This document shows positions 25,060 through 38,288 of a stretch of 64,000 nt of DNA, piece by piece. Numbering within the stretch: the first letter of the stretch is position 1; each line of letters starts with the position of its first letter. Source of the DNA: Octopus bimaculoides (taxonomy: Eukaryota); NCBI RefSeq assembly GCF_001194135.2, contig NC_068993.1, positions 6,108,811 to 6,172,810 on the forward strand, given 5' to 3'. The notes beneath the pieces were generated by a model. That model was not told where the DNA came from. It ran no database searches and was given only the letters and a program-made list of their open reading frames with translations. Both the position numbers and the translations under genes were made by a program.

Positions 25060-25590
25060 TGTCTCTGCTTGGATAGTTGATGACCGGGTCACAGATGCGT
25101 CTCACCGAAGTCTTATCGCTGCGATAAAACGACGAAAGTACCATTGAGAGGCATCCCCTTCGAACTGGGATGCAAAAGAGCCGTGTCGGCATTTGCGGCT
25201 GGCATCGGACTCGTGGTGTCGGACACCGTGGAAGTTGAGGTAGACGATTCCATTTTAAAGGAACACGAGACGATGACAGGAGCTAAGGTAAATGCGAACA
25301 AGTCGGTAGACTTGCAGATCATCAACTGAAGGGGTAAGACAATGCCAACAAGAAACGTAGGTCAGTGAACGGACGGTGTCTAGTTTGACCCGGATCTCCG
25401 GATGGACAAGAACTGGGATGAGGTTACAAACAGAACAGCCAGTCTCACTCAGAAATGAACTGAGAGGAATTTATCCCTGATAGGGCGAAGAGAGGTTGTG
25501 AATGCACACACCACCTCTTTAATAACAAAGACCATTGTACCTTGTCCCAGTCCACGTCTAACTGAGCTGGAGCGTTTACTTTTCTGCTGA
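25060..25590 (+). mobile_element. L1/Tx1-clade LINE reverse-transcriptase fragment, decayed
   Basis: VSAFAAGIGLVV (degenerate YADD region)...EHETMTGAKVNANKSVDLQ...*FDPDLRMDKNWDEV...K*TERNLSLIGRREVVN...PCPSPRLTELERLLF; four in-frame stops. Confidence 0.8.
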
Positions 25591-27377
25591 GATTTGACTG
25601 CTATTTCTAACAGTTTGAGCTTCTTTCCCATTGGATCACTAATCTCAGTACTAAATGAAAAAAGAGCAGAAATGACCGTGAAGTATCGATATAAGTCACT
25701 ATTTCACTTCCAGGTGATTTCGTTTCGCCTAGTTTTGAAGTGTGCAGTGCTCTAAAACCCAATAAGTCTTTAGATGGGTCTCTTCTGGACGAAATAAAGC
25801 AGCTTCACAGCTACTATAGCCTGGGGCCGCGAAAGCCTTGTTTGTAGATTTGGTAGAGAGAAACTGAAAGAAGCGCATTGTCCATATATCTATGTGTGTG
25901 TGTGTCTTTGTGTCTGTGTTTGTCACCCATCACCGCTTGACAACCAGTGTTGGCGTGTTAATGTTTCATAACCTATCGGTTTGGTAAAAGAGAGCGATAA
26001 AATAAGTGGCAGGCTTTAAAAAAAGTCTGTTACTTTTATTTGGATAAAATTCTTCAAGGGAGTGCCCCAGCATGGCCGCTGTCTAATGACTGAAATAAGT
26101 AAAAGAAAAAAGATATAACAGACTACGAAACAGTCTTTCAAATCTGCTACACTGCTTNNNNNNNNNNNNNNNNNNNNNNNNNNNNNNNNNNNNNNNNNNN
26201 NNNNNNNNNNNNNNNNNNNNNNNNNNNNNNNNNNNNNNNNNNNNNNNNNNNNNNNNNNNNNNNNNNNNNNNNNNNNNNNNNNNNNNNNNNNNNNNNNNNN
26301 NNNNNNNNNNNNNNNNNNNNNNNNNNNNNNNNNNNNNNNNNNNNNNNNNNNNNNNNNNNNNNNNNNNNNNNNNNNNNNNNNNNNNNNNNNNNNNNNNNNN
26401 NNNNNNNNNNNNNNNNNNNNNNNNNNNNNNNNNNNNNNNNNNNNNNNNNNNNNNNNNNNNNNNNNNNNNNNNNNNNNNNNNNNNNNNNNNNNNNNNNNNN
26501 NNNNNNNNNNNNNNNNNNNNNNNNNNNNNNNNNNNNNNNNNNNNNNNNNNNNNNNNNNNNNNNNNNNNNNNNNNNNNNNNNNNNNNNNNNNNNNNNNNNN
26601 NNNNNNNNNNNNNNNNNNNNNNNNNNNNNNNNNNNNNNNNNNNNNNNNNNNNNNNNNNNNNNNNNNNNNNNNNNNNNNNNNNNNNNNNNNNNNNNNNNNN
26701 NNNNNNNNNNNNNNNNNNNNNNNNNNNNNNNNNNNNNNNNNNNNNNNNNNNNNNNNNNNNNNNNNNNNNNNNNNNTATATATATATATATATATGTATAT
26801 ATATCTGTGTGTGTGTGTGTGTGTGCTTGTGTTTGTTCTAACACAACCGCTTGATAATTGGTGTTGGTATGTATACGTCCCCGTAACTTAGCAGTTCTGA
26901 AAAAGAGATCGATACAATAAGTATCAGGCTTTAAAAACATAAGTACTATGATCTATACATTCGACTAAAAGTTCTTCAAGACGATGCCCCAGCATGGCCG
27001 CAGTTTAATGACTGAAACAAGTGAAAGATAAAAAATAGCAGATATACATACATACATACATACATACAGACGTATATATACACATTTTATACCCACATAT
27101 ACATGATAAACACAGACGCACAAATATGTGCGCAAAATTTTCTTTTAAAACAACCAATGTGCTTCACATTTCCTATCTTCGTAAATGGACAAATAAATAA
27201 ATAAATACCACAAACGATTTGTTGCATTCTCGCAAGAGGCAGACTGAGACACTATGTGCCAAGATTCATCAGTTGAGACATAAGTAGTGCGGGTATGTAT
27301 GTATGTATGTATGTATGTATGTATGTATGTATGTATGTATGTATGTATGTATTTACGCATGTATTTATGCATGCATG

Positions 27378-27417
<40 letters not shown>

Positions 27418-27562
27418 TGTGTTGTGCGTGTGTGCATGCGTGTGTATGTATATATCTAGTTTGATAGGCAGATGGATACACATAGACAGATGGCTGGATA
27501 GAGAGAAATATATATCAGCACGTTCATATATTTGCACTTCACTGTTTATGTCCCGGCTGACC

Positions 27563-27606
<44 letters not shown>

Positions 27607-28533
27607 AAACATTAAGGGAAAACAAAGACAAAAAATACAAAAAAAAAATGGGAGTCGCCTCTAATGGTAAGACAAAAAGAAAAAATACTAGCCTGGGATT
27701 TAAAATTCTTTGATAGAAAATAACTTAATAAGGAACGAAATAGAAATGGTAAAGTATGGTTGTGTAAAGATGAAGAAATGAATATATTAATAGCCAATAA
27801 AATGAGGAAAATATTGTAAAAGAGAAGAAAACAAACTTGAGAAGAAAAAACGAGCTATTAAGCTAATTTTACAGCAGAATTTTACCAGAAGGCTGAGCAG
27901 TGAACTGAGATCGAAAAGTTACGCTAATGGAATAAATGTATTTTTGCTACCCACGAAAAATAAAAGGTGGGAAATATTAGTCGTGTATAGCTGAAGGCTA
28001 ATCAGAAATTGTGGCGAAATCCTTTTTATAAAAATGAGGCAAAAAATATGAATAGAATGTACAGAATGAATTCTGTCTCTTAGACAGAATGGTTTTTCAT
28101 GGAACGAGATAAAGGAACAAAGATGTGTATTGAAATATGCCAAAATATATTAATTCAAGTGACTATAAAATAAATATTGGGGATAGAAAATGTATGTAAA
28201 CATAATCCCCTCTTCCTCTCCTCTCCTCTCACGAGAGATATATATATATAAAACTTTGGCATTTTGATTTAAACATAAAACCAGGTGTATAATAAATATA
28301 TATCGGTTTTACTTATTACAGTCTAAGCACAGCGGCCATACTGGGGCAGCGCATTGAAAGATTTAGTCGTACGAATCAACCACAGTAGCAATTTTTTTTA
28401 AAGTCTGGTATGTATCATATTTGTTGTTTTCTCCGAACCGCTAAGAGAGAGGAACTCAAAGAAACCAACACCTGGTGGGGAGGACAAGCACAAATACACG
28501 CACGTGCACACACACACACGTAGACACATATGC

Positions 28534-28568
<35 letters not shown>

Positions 28569-29939
28569 GTATTTATATTAGAAGCAAGTTTGCTTTCACC
28601 TTGGCAGTCTACGTAAAACGTTTTTTTCTTTTTTTTCTGCACTGAACTAAAGTTAACATTTTTTAATCAATTTAATAAGTTTATTTTAAATTTTACTGTA
28701 AGACGCATTTAGTTATCTATATATTTGTGTGTGTGTGTGTATATCATCATCATCATCATCATCATCAACAACAACATTATTATCATTATTATTATTATTA
28801 TTATTATTTGAAATACCAATAAAATAAAAGATCAAACTTGAAAATCTCATCGCACTCAGTTTATGCTTCAATATTTTAATTATCCCCTCAAACATTAAAA
28901 ATTTTGTTACGTCTTTCATTTTCAAGTTAAACTCCAATTATATGTTTCCTTTTTGAAAATGAGAAAATTTACATAAAAAAAGGAAATGAATTACATTTTT
29001 TGAACCAATGTAACTAATTTTAAAATATCAAAAAGAAAAATAACAATAAAAATAAGGAATCTCAGTCGAATGAATGATGTTTTGAATGTAAATGTATTTG
29101 TGGACACAGGGCTGGAATATCTTGGAATGGCGGTATTAGTTGTCGAAGTAGTAACAATCATGGGAATTCATTTATGATAGCATCAATCTTGTACTGTTGT
29201 ATTTTCTGAGCACTTAATGCGTTCGATGAACAAAAGTGTTACGTCATACAACAAAACCCATTTTCTGGCAAATCTACTTCGAAGGTAGGCTTGAAGACAG
29301 ATACGGCCGTTTTGCGGCTTTCAGCTGTGTATGAGTATTGCTTTTCTGCACAAATAATACTTCCATAGATAATAAAAGAATATATACATGTATATACATA
29401 GATATANNNNNNNNNNNNNNNNNNNNNNNNNNNNNNNNNNNNNNNNNNNNNNNNNNNNNNNNNNNNNNNNNNNNNNNNNNNNNNNNNNNNNNNNNNNNNN
29501 NNNNNNNNNNNNNNNNNNNNNNNNNNNNNNNNNNNNNNNNNNNNNNNNNNNNNNNNNNNNNNNNNNNNNNNNNNNNNNNNNNNNNNNNNNNNNNNNNNNN
29601 NNNNNNNNNNNNNNNNNNNNNNNNNNNNNNNNNNNNNNNNNNNNNNNNNNNNNNNNNNNNNNNNNNNNNNNNNNNNNNNNNNNNNNNNNNNNNNNNNNNN
29701 NNNNNNNNNNNNNNNNNNNNNNNNNNNNNNNNNNNNNNNNNNNNNNNNNNNNNNNNNNNNNNNNNNNNNNNNNNNNNNNNNNNNNNNNNNNNNNNNNNNN
29801 NNNNNNNNNNNNNNNNNNNNNNNNNNNNNNNNNNNNNNNNNNNNNNNNNNNNNNNNNNNNNNNNNNNNNNNNNNNNNNNNNNNNNNNNNNNNNNNNNNNN
29901 NNNNNNNNNNNNNNNNNNNNNNNNNNNNNTGTCTTTCTT

Positions 29940-30700
29940 TTAATGTAGAATTTACATCAATAGAAACACCTTAATATATTTCCGACACTTCCGTTGCATC
30001 TTCCTCTCAAACTTCGTCATCAATGGTCAACCTCTGTCAAAATACTTCTTTCTGCTCATCACACTTAGGGTTCTACCAAGAATTTCATTTGTAATAAGAT
30101 AAGCTCTAATTCTTCATTAACAGTAGTACTGTTTTGTAGCAATTTGCAATAGTCCTCTTTGAGAGTTGCTTCCAGGGCAATTGCTTAACATATGCAATAC
30201 CTCGAGAAAGGGAAATCCTTTTAATAATTCTATTTACATCTGATTAGTTTTGAATATCGTTGAATTCGGTTGAAATTCATGAACAAATTTCTTTAATAAG
30301 CCTTTAAGGCTTGTTTGACTCTTTGGATTCATGGCTGAATTAACGATGTAGTGTTTGAAGGAAAGAAAATTAATTGGGTATTCTTTAATTAGAAATTACA
30401 TCTGTGTGCTGTAAATTGTTAACTAACAAAACAATTTTTTGTTTTAATTCCAAAATTCCACTTAAGTAACCAGGTATTCAATTTAACTGACGTCATCCAT
30501 ACATTGCCATTGGAACATTAGTGAATAAGAAAGCATTTAACACCCTTAAAAATGTTAGGATTTATATTTTTCTATTATGTAAAAGCTCTCGGTTTTCTCT
30601 CCCTTCATATTACTGCAACAAATCTCACTTTTGAGGATACTCACTTTTGAGGATTGATAAACCCTGGGCAAATACATATTGTTTTATAATTTCAATTCTT
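29940..30700 (-). mobile_element. Tigger/pogo transposase relic, DDE_1 and C-terminal part
   Basis: With frameshifts: CSNMKGEKTESFYIIEKYKS, CSNGNVWMTSVKLNTWLLKW, QKIVLLVNN, EFQPNST, ISLSRGIAYVKQLPWKQLSKRTIANCY and an acidic tail, matching the pogo motifs N-x-G-EK, WMT, LLLVDN, FLPPNTT, AW-x3-TI-x-NC. Confidence 0.75.
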
Positions 30701-30792
30701 TCAGTCATTGGACTAAGGTGTTGTGAGCAGACTTCACTTATGTATATATGTATATAAAAATAAACATGTATATGTATATATATATATATATA

Positions 30793-31057
30793 TAAAGAAT
30801 AAAATGTTTCGAATGGTTCGACAAAGCACTATAATTCAAACATCGGGCTATATACCTGTTGTAATTTAACCATCCATAGTCTAATAATATTTCGAACTAA
30901 AGCCGATTATAGCAGCGGCTCCATCAATTCCTAAGGATTTCTGAGGAAAGAATTTTATTCCGAAATATTATCAGACTACGGAGGGTTAAAGTACGACAGG
31001 TATATAGTCCGATGTTTGTAATATAGTGCATTGTTGTACCATTCAAAACATTCTTTA
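30793..31057. mobile_element. Foldback MITE-like element with about 105-bp imperfect inverted arms
   Basis: aatgtttcgaatggttcgacaaagcactataattcaaacatcgggctatatacctgttgtaatttaaccatccatagtctaataatatttcg pairs with the reverse complement of 30952-31057. Confidence 0.75.
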
Positions 31058-31166
31058 CAAACAATTCACAATGCTTCAAGCGAACTACAATACTCTCATA
31101 TATATATATTATACACATACATTCATGCATACATATACACTTATAATCACATGTATATGATGTATA

Positions 31167-31382
31167 TGCAGGGTGCTGAAAAGTTCCTGGCTTTGGGGAA
31201 AAGAAAATACAGGAGGATCAGTTAATTAAGATTTTATTCGACGGATTCCACACTCAGATTCACACACTTATTGCAGTGGTCATTCAATTTTTTTAAAGTC
31301 TTGTACATGAATCGGAAGACTGGGCCTCCAGCCATGCTTTTCGGGATACCCTTAAAGCCAGGAACTTTTCAGCACCCCCTCG
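31167..31382. mobile_element. Mariner-type MITE (about 216 bp)
   Basis: TIR gggtgctgaaaagttcctggcttt at 31171-31194 and its reverse complement at 31354-31377; TA at both ends. Confidence 0.85.
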
Positions 31383-31432
31383 TATACACCTCTGTGTGTG
31401 TGGGTATGCGTGCGTGCGTGCGCGCGCGCGCG

Positions 31433-31466
<34 letters not shown>

Positions 31467-31649
31467 GGACAAACTACCAGAGTTTCAGTGAACCAAATTT
31501 TGTCACAACGGATTGGTGGATTCTGAGCCATAGTACCCCAGTGAGAAACCCATCTTTTACAGTGGGGCAGTGGGATTGAACCCTTAAACTATTTGGTTAG
31601 GAAGCTGACATCTTAACACTACAACCATTATTCGTCTGTTCCGCAATTG

Positions 31650-31960
31650 CAAATATTTGCAGGATAATATGCAACAGCAACTTGTTAGTCATTCAGTATT
31701 TATCCACACTTCAGCCGAGAAGAAAGATATTAGCAGCTTTCTTCGCCGTGAACGCATTTACACACAATATTCTCTCGCCCTTTAAACCCATTAAACCTTC
31801 AATCAGACCGTGTGAAATTTTCTTAACACATTTCTTTTGCAAAATCTGCTTTTTTAGACGCATCAGCGGTTGATTAATTGAAGCATTCATTTCACTAACT
31901 TTGCCAAACCAAATTTTCAATGCTAACTGAATCTCACTCTATTAACCACATCGCCCTCAG
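31650..31960 (-). mobile_element. Tigger/pogo transposase relic, CENP-B-type HTH part of the same element
   Basis: EIQLALKIWFGKVSEMNASINQPLMR / KADFAKEMC*ENFTRSD*RFNGFKGRENIVCKCVHGEE / YYPANICN. Confidence 0.75.
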
Positions 31961-32215
31961 TTGCTATATTCTCAAGAATAAGTGCTAATTCTTTAAGGTA
32001 AAATCTATTTTATTGTCTTCAGTTTGTTTTTGGTGGGGGCCGGGTTTAGTCGTACACAAAAGGGCCCTCATTTTCCTAGATGTTTTCTTTCTTCCTCTGC
32101 TCCTCTTCTTTCAGGTCTTTCTCGTTTCATTACGTTTCATCTCCATACTCACATGTCTATATTTTGAAAAAACTTTTAGACACAATTCTTCATCGTACTT
32201 AATGTATACTTTCAG

Positions 32216-32407
32216 CAGGTAGAATCGTTAGCACGACGGGCAAAACTCTTAGCAGTATTTCGTCCGTCTTTACGTTCTGAGTTCAAATTGTGCCGACGTC
32301 CATTTTATATTTCATCCTTTTGGGATCGATAAATTAAGTACCAGTAATCCACTAGTCTCCCCACGCATAAATTTCAGACCTTGTATTTATAGTAGAAAGG
32401 ATTATTA
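32216..32407 (+). mobile_element. Family A SINE
   Basis: agaatcgttagcacg...tacgttctgagttcaaatt...atcgataaattaagtaccag...agtagaaaggattatta. Confidence 0.8.
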
Positions 32408-32518
32408 GCAGTTTTGAAAATTGTTGAGAGATCCTTCTACATGAAAACCTTAGTATCCTTGTTAACCTACAAATAAAGTATATCTATCTATCCATCTATC
32501 TATCTATCTATCTATCTA

Positions 32519-32559
<41 letters not shown>

Positions 32560-32858
32560 TTGTCTGTCAGTCTATCTATCTATCTATCTATGTATTCACA
32601 CACACTCACACATAAATATTTTTACATTTACACTATCTTGAGTCCTAGAACTTATAAGTATGGTTACACGGCTTCTATGACATGTAGGTAACCAAGATCT
32701 CAACATTTAGTCTGAACTGGACGACGGTCTGTCGCAAAGTCGCTTATTTACAGTTGTGTGGAATGAAACCCCAGAAATGAATTTCATTCAGGAGCACAAC
32801 GCATTGTCCGGTGCTCACTCGGTCACGCGCCTTCACAGGCATAGTTTTATGAGTGTGT

Positions 32859-32917
<59 letters not shown>

Positions 32918-33607
32918 ACGGGCTTCTTTTAGTTTCCGTCTACTAGATCCACTCACAAGACTTAGGGCGGCCTGGGAATAAAGTTGAAAGTGCGATGCAT
33001 TGGAATTGAACCCAGACCTATGTGTTTGCGAAACAAACTTATTACATTGTCTTGCTGCGCCTACAAACAGCCAAGCTGAAATTTAAGAAAATGGTAAATC
33101 TATATCTTTTCTATTTCATTTTTATAAGATCGACAATTTCAAACAAATTTAAAATAACAAAAATTTGAATAAGCCTTTATCGCTAGCATATTTAATACTT
33201 TATAATCTAATCCTGCAACTAATTCTTATCTTAAATTATCCAGATTGTATAATTATATTTAGTAATTTTTACTTCCATTTGATTTTCGTAATTTTCTAAA
33301 ACGAAGATTTTTGTGGATAACAATATATTCTTAAATATTTTAAACATTTTGTTATGTATACAAACAACTTCTGGGCAAATTGAAGAGAAACTGGATTTTC
33401 GAAATATATTAATAACACACAAATCTCTGACATGAAACTCCCTCGATGTGTTTTGAGCAAATCCAAAACTAAGATTATCCTGAATATTTTAATCTTAATC
33501 CTTACCTAATATGTAGAATTTATAGGAGCAAAATGCGAACCGACCAACTGGATATACTACATTTCCACACCAAAGATATTTTACCTGTGTGATGATCCTA
33601 TGCATAT

Positions 33608-34045
33608 AGGCGCTTGCAAGTCTGTAGTGGTTAAAAAGCTTGTTTTGCAACTACGTGGTTCCGCGTTCAATCCCACTGCAAATTAACGTGGACAAGAGTC
33701 TTCTATAGTTGTGGGCGACAAATACCTTTCCAATAAATTTGGTAGAAAGAAACACCGTAGAAGACCATCGTATATGTGTGTGTATGTGTGTGTGTGAGTA
33801 ACCTTCTTTATGTATTTTTATGTTTGTTTGTCCCTCCCCTACCACCGCTAACACCAACCGTTTGACAACCGGCATCGGCTTGTTTACGTTCTTGTAATTC
33901 AGCAGTTTAGTAAAACGTGTACGCTAGAATAAGTATTACGCACTCACATAAATACCTAAATACCGAGGTCGTATTGTTCCACTAAATCCTTCAAGGCGGT
34001 GCTCCAGCTTGGCCGCAGTCCAGTGATTGAAACAAAACATAAAAG
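33608..34045 (+). mobile_element. Family B SINE, near full length, diverged (other fragments near 1018-1085, 5290-5420, 16392-16495, 25810-26110, 26822-27032, 28315-28470, 31545-31625, 32915-33060, 44965-45050, 57000-57292)
   Basis: Same head, internal microsatellite and tail order as 54612-54968. Confidence 0.8.
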
Positions 34046-34099
34046 ATAGAACTGGTTATTAGTTCCCTACAGCAGAGTCTGAAACTGTAAAATATTCCA

Positions 34100-34590
34100 T
34101 TTTTATTTGCTGAGATACATTTACCAACTGACGAGCATCGATGGATCTCGCCTTCGCAACAACGAAGATCGAGATCAAATGAGCCACGGTCCAGAAGTGG
34201 ACACTAGAACTGCAGGAACTGGCACAGTAATGCACCAGATCCAGCGTTCAATCTTCAAATTAGAAGAAATTGGCAGAAGCCCAATTCGCAACCTTCAATT
34301 CGGTTTTGGTTCCTATCGTTACCTATAGTCATCGATATTGGGGTATGACTGAAAGTGTACAATCGCGAACACAAGCAGCCAAAATTAGGGTTTTTCCGAA
34401 GGATCTCTGGTGTAACGTTACTTGAAAAAGTATGTAGCTCGGAGATAAAGGAGTGTCTCCGGGTTAAACAGACTTTCTGGTATTGAGAGGTCACGACTCC
34501 GGGACTACGTACATGTGATTTAAATGTCATAGAAAAGGATCGCAAAACAGATACTTCACGCGCTGCCAACTGGCAAGAAACTTAGGAACA
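34100..34590 (+). mobile_element. RTE-clade LINE RT C-terminal fragment, decayed
   Basis: EVDTRTAGTGTVMHQIQRSI / TFNSVLVPIVTYSHRYWGMTESVQSRTQAA / RISGVTLLEKVCSSEIKECLRV / GIERSRLRDYVHVI*MS*KRIAKQILHALP. Confidence 0.8.
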
Positions 34591-35399
34591 ATGAACTGAA
34601 TGTGGTTGCACGGACAGCGTATCATTTCAAATTGACAACTTTTTTCCGTTTTGCACCGCATTAAAGATAAAGGCCTGAATTACAACTGCAGCGGGAATGG
34701 ACAGGGGTCAAGGGGCATAGGGTTCCTAGGATGTTCAGACAACGTAGCAAGGGCTGTAAGAATATTCATTTGAAATCAACATTTGAACTGACAGTCGAAT
34801 TCAAAACGCTTTTGTGTCCTTTGTTTTTGAATAGAGATTTGCGTTCGGATTTGTAATCCTTTTATCTCAGACATCGTGTTTGATATATCAGTGGAATTCC
34901 TTTGACAAGAAAGAAAATTCTGTTTTAGAGATAATTAATAACTTGCTTAGATCACGTAGTATGAAACAATGTTCTTATAATATTACACACACACACACAT
35001 ATACACACATACACACACACACACACACACAAACATGCACACACACATAATGTAAATATATGTCTATGTATTTACATACTGTATAAACAAATGTATTTAT
35101 ACATTATAAACACACACACACACATACACACGCGCATACATGCATATATATATATANNNNNNNNNNNNNNNNNNNNNNNNNNNNNNNNNNNNNNNNNNNN
35201 NNNNNNNNNNNNNNNNNNNNNNNNNNNNNNNNNNNNNNNNNNNNNNNNNNNNNNNNNNNNNNNNNNNNNNNNNNNNNNNNNNNNNNNNNNNNNNNNNNNN
35301 NNNNNNNNNNNNNNNNNNNNNNNNNNNNNNNNNNNNNNNNTATATATATTGTATATAAGCATGTATATTTATGTGTGTGTCTGTGTGTGTGTATGAATA

Positions 35400-35680
35400 T
35401 GGATGGCTGAGTGTTTAGGGCGTCGGCCCTAAAATAGTGAGGTTGTGAGTCCGATTCCCAGACTGGGGTATGTGTTGTGTTCTTGAGCAAGACGCTTTAT
35501 TTCACGTTGCTCCAGTTCGCTCAGCTGTAGAAATGTGTGGTGACGTCACTGGTGCCTAGCTGTATCGGCCCCTTTACCTTTCTCTTGGATAACATCGGCG
35601 GGATGGAGAGGGGAGGCTGGTGTGCATGCATGACTGTTGGTCTTCAATAAACAACCTTGCCTGGACTTGTGCCTCGGAAG
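35400..35680 (+). mobile_element. Family C tRNA-derived SINE (related pieces at about 1170-1320, 9358-9590, 45185-45462, 55425-55577)
   Basis: A box tggctgagtg, B box gtccgattcc, central tcttgagcaagacgctttatttcacgttgctccag block; 35570-35680 matches 55485-55577 in reverse complement. Confidence 0.75.
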
Positions 35681-36453
35681 TGACCAAAGGGAAGTTTTTA
35701 CACGCACACACACACACACACACACACATCAATTATATACATACATATATATCAATTATAAATGCCACACACTCGAATCATTAAAGGCTGTAAACGCTTC
35801 AAACTAAGAGAAGATAAAGATTAGAAATGTTAACTGAAAACGAAAAGAGTTCGGAGAGTGGTTGGTATCAGTGAAGCATATATTTAGTTTGCAGGCGGAG
35901 TCAACATCCTGTAGATGATGCATCCTTGATTACATCGAACAACACTCATAGGTACACACATGTACATGTACACAAGTGCATTTCTAATTATGCAATATAT
36001 ATATATATANNNNNNNNNNNNNNNNNNNNNNNNNNNNNNNNNNNNNNNNNNNNNNNNNNNNNNNNNNNNNNNNNNNNNNNNNNNNNNNNNNNNNNNNNNN
36101 NNNNNNNNNNNNNNNNNNNNNNNNNNNNNNNNNNNNNNNNNNNNNNNNNNNNNNNNNNNNNNNNNNNNNNNNNNNNNNNNNNNNNNNNNNNNNNNNNNNN
36201 NNNNNNNNNNNNNNNNNNNNNNNNNNNNNNNNNNNNNNNNNNNNNNNNNNNNNNNNNNNNNNNNNNNNNNNNNNNNNNNNNNNNNNNNNNNNNNNNNNNN
36301 NNNNNNNNNNNNNNNNNNNNNNNNNNNNNNNNNNNNNNNNNNNNNNNNNNNNNNNNNNNNNNNNNNNNNNNNNNNNNNNNNNNNNNNNNATATATTAATA
36401 GATAGATGGGTAGGTAGGTAGGTAGGTAGGTAGACAGGCAGGTAGGTAGGTAA

Positions 36454-36499
<46 letters not shown>

Positions 36500-36836
36500 G
36501 TGTATCGTAAAACATTTACTGTAATTAACCGACTTTTAGCTGTTCTAATGAAATTAATAACGTCTAGAGAAATCTGTGTCTGTTTATATATATATATTGA
36601 AAGTGGTTTGATAGTTACTCGGGTCATACAACAATTCTGTAGAGTGTAACGATACAAGCAAGAGAAACTATGGTATATTTATAACGGGGTGGAGGCCTTA
36701 TAAAATTGTTTATAGGATATAAGGTGATTCAGTACATGCGCACGCGTGCGCAGATGGATGGATGATGTTTACCTTTCTATCGATCTATATATATATATAT
36801 GCATGTGTTAATGAAACTATATCAACCTCTCCCATT

Positions 36837-36910
<74 letters not shown>

Positions 36911-37802
36911 CTATGTATGTATGTATATATATATATATGGGGAGGATGCGTATATGTGTATATGTATATGTATATACATATAAATATGCATGTAATATAT
37001 TGATATATGTTTACGAATTCACTCGTTTCTCTTTCTTTATAATCACTCATATATACATACATACAAATACACACACACACACACATACCTATATACATAC
37101 ACACATGTATGCATGTGTGTTTGTGTACGTGTGTGAGCATTTGTCTGCATGTCAGCTTTTAAATGTATGTACTAACATACATTGGAACGAGAAACGCAGA
37201 GGCTACAGCCGTTAATATTTCAATACTGTATAATATAGTGAATAAATATGAAACGAATTGATGTGATACTTCGTACTAACTTTCAAACTGCATACATACA
37301 GACACAACGAAACGAATTGATTTCTTGTCTCGCTACGAAGCACTTCACCGTTCTCTGTATTTACTTCACTGACACGTTCATACACTTGTATATTATGCTG
37401 TCCTGAAAAGTTGTATATTCCTATCTACTTAAAGACTTCAATATTTTATTTCAACAAAGACTTACCTGAAAATTGCGTTATGTGCTGATCGTCCACACAT
37501 CAAGGTGACACGGACACATACATGCATACATACATACATACATACATACATACATACACGCACACATACACACACACACACGCACACACACATATGTGCT
37601 ATTGAGAATTCATTGCTCTCAATGTCCACTTGAATAACACACATATTAAACCATTAAACCACAAACATTGTGACATGAATCAATAAAATTTTAGACGTAA
37701 GAAGTAATTAATGAAGTCATATGTTGACACATTTTATTGATGTGTATATATGTATATATGTGTATATATGTGTGTGTTTACGTGTGTACATTTGTGTACA
37801 TT

Positions 37803-37865
<63 letters not shown>

Positions 37866-37902
37866 CATACATACATACATATATACATACATACATACAT
37901 AT

Positions 37903-37934
<32 letters not shown>

Positions 37935-38022
37935 CTACACGCAATTATATCTATGTATGTGTGTGAGCGCGTTTTATTATGCGTTGCAAAGATATATATG
38001 TATATTGTTCATTGTATCTAAA

Positions 38023-38066
<44 letters not shown>

Positions 38067-38076
38067 NNNNNNNNNN

Positions 38077-38117
<41 letters not shown>

Positions 38118-38227
38118 TATATAAATATGGATGTGTAAACAAATATGCCTGTATGTATGTATATTTGTGTGTGCTGTATGTACTCGTGCGTATGTGTGTA
38201 CGAATGTGTGTACGAATGTGTGTACGA

Positions 38228-38288
<61 letters not shown>

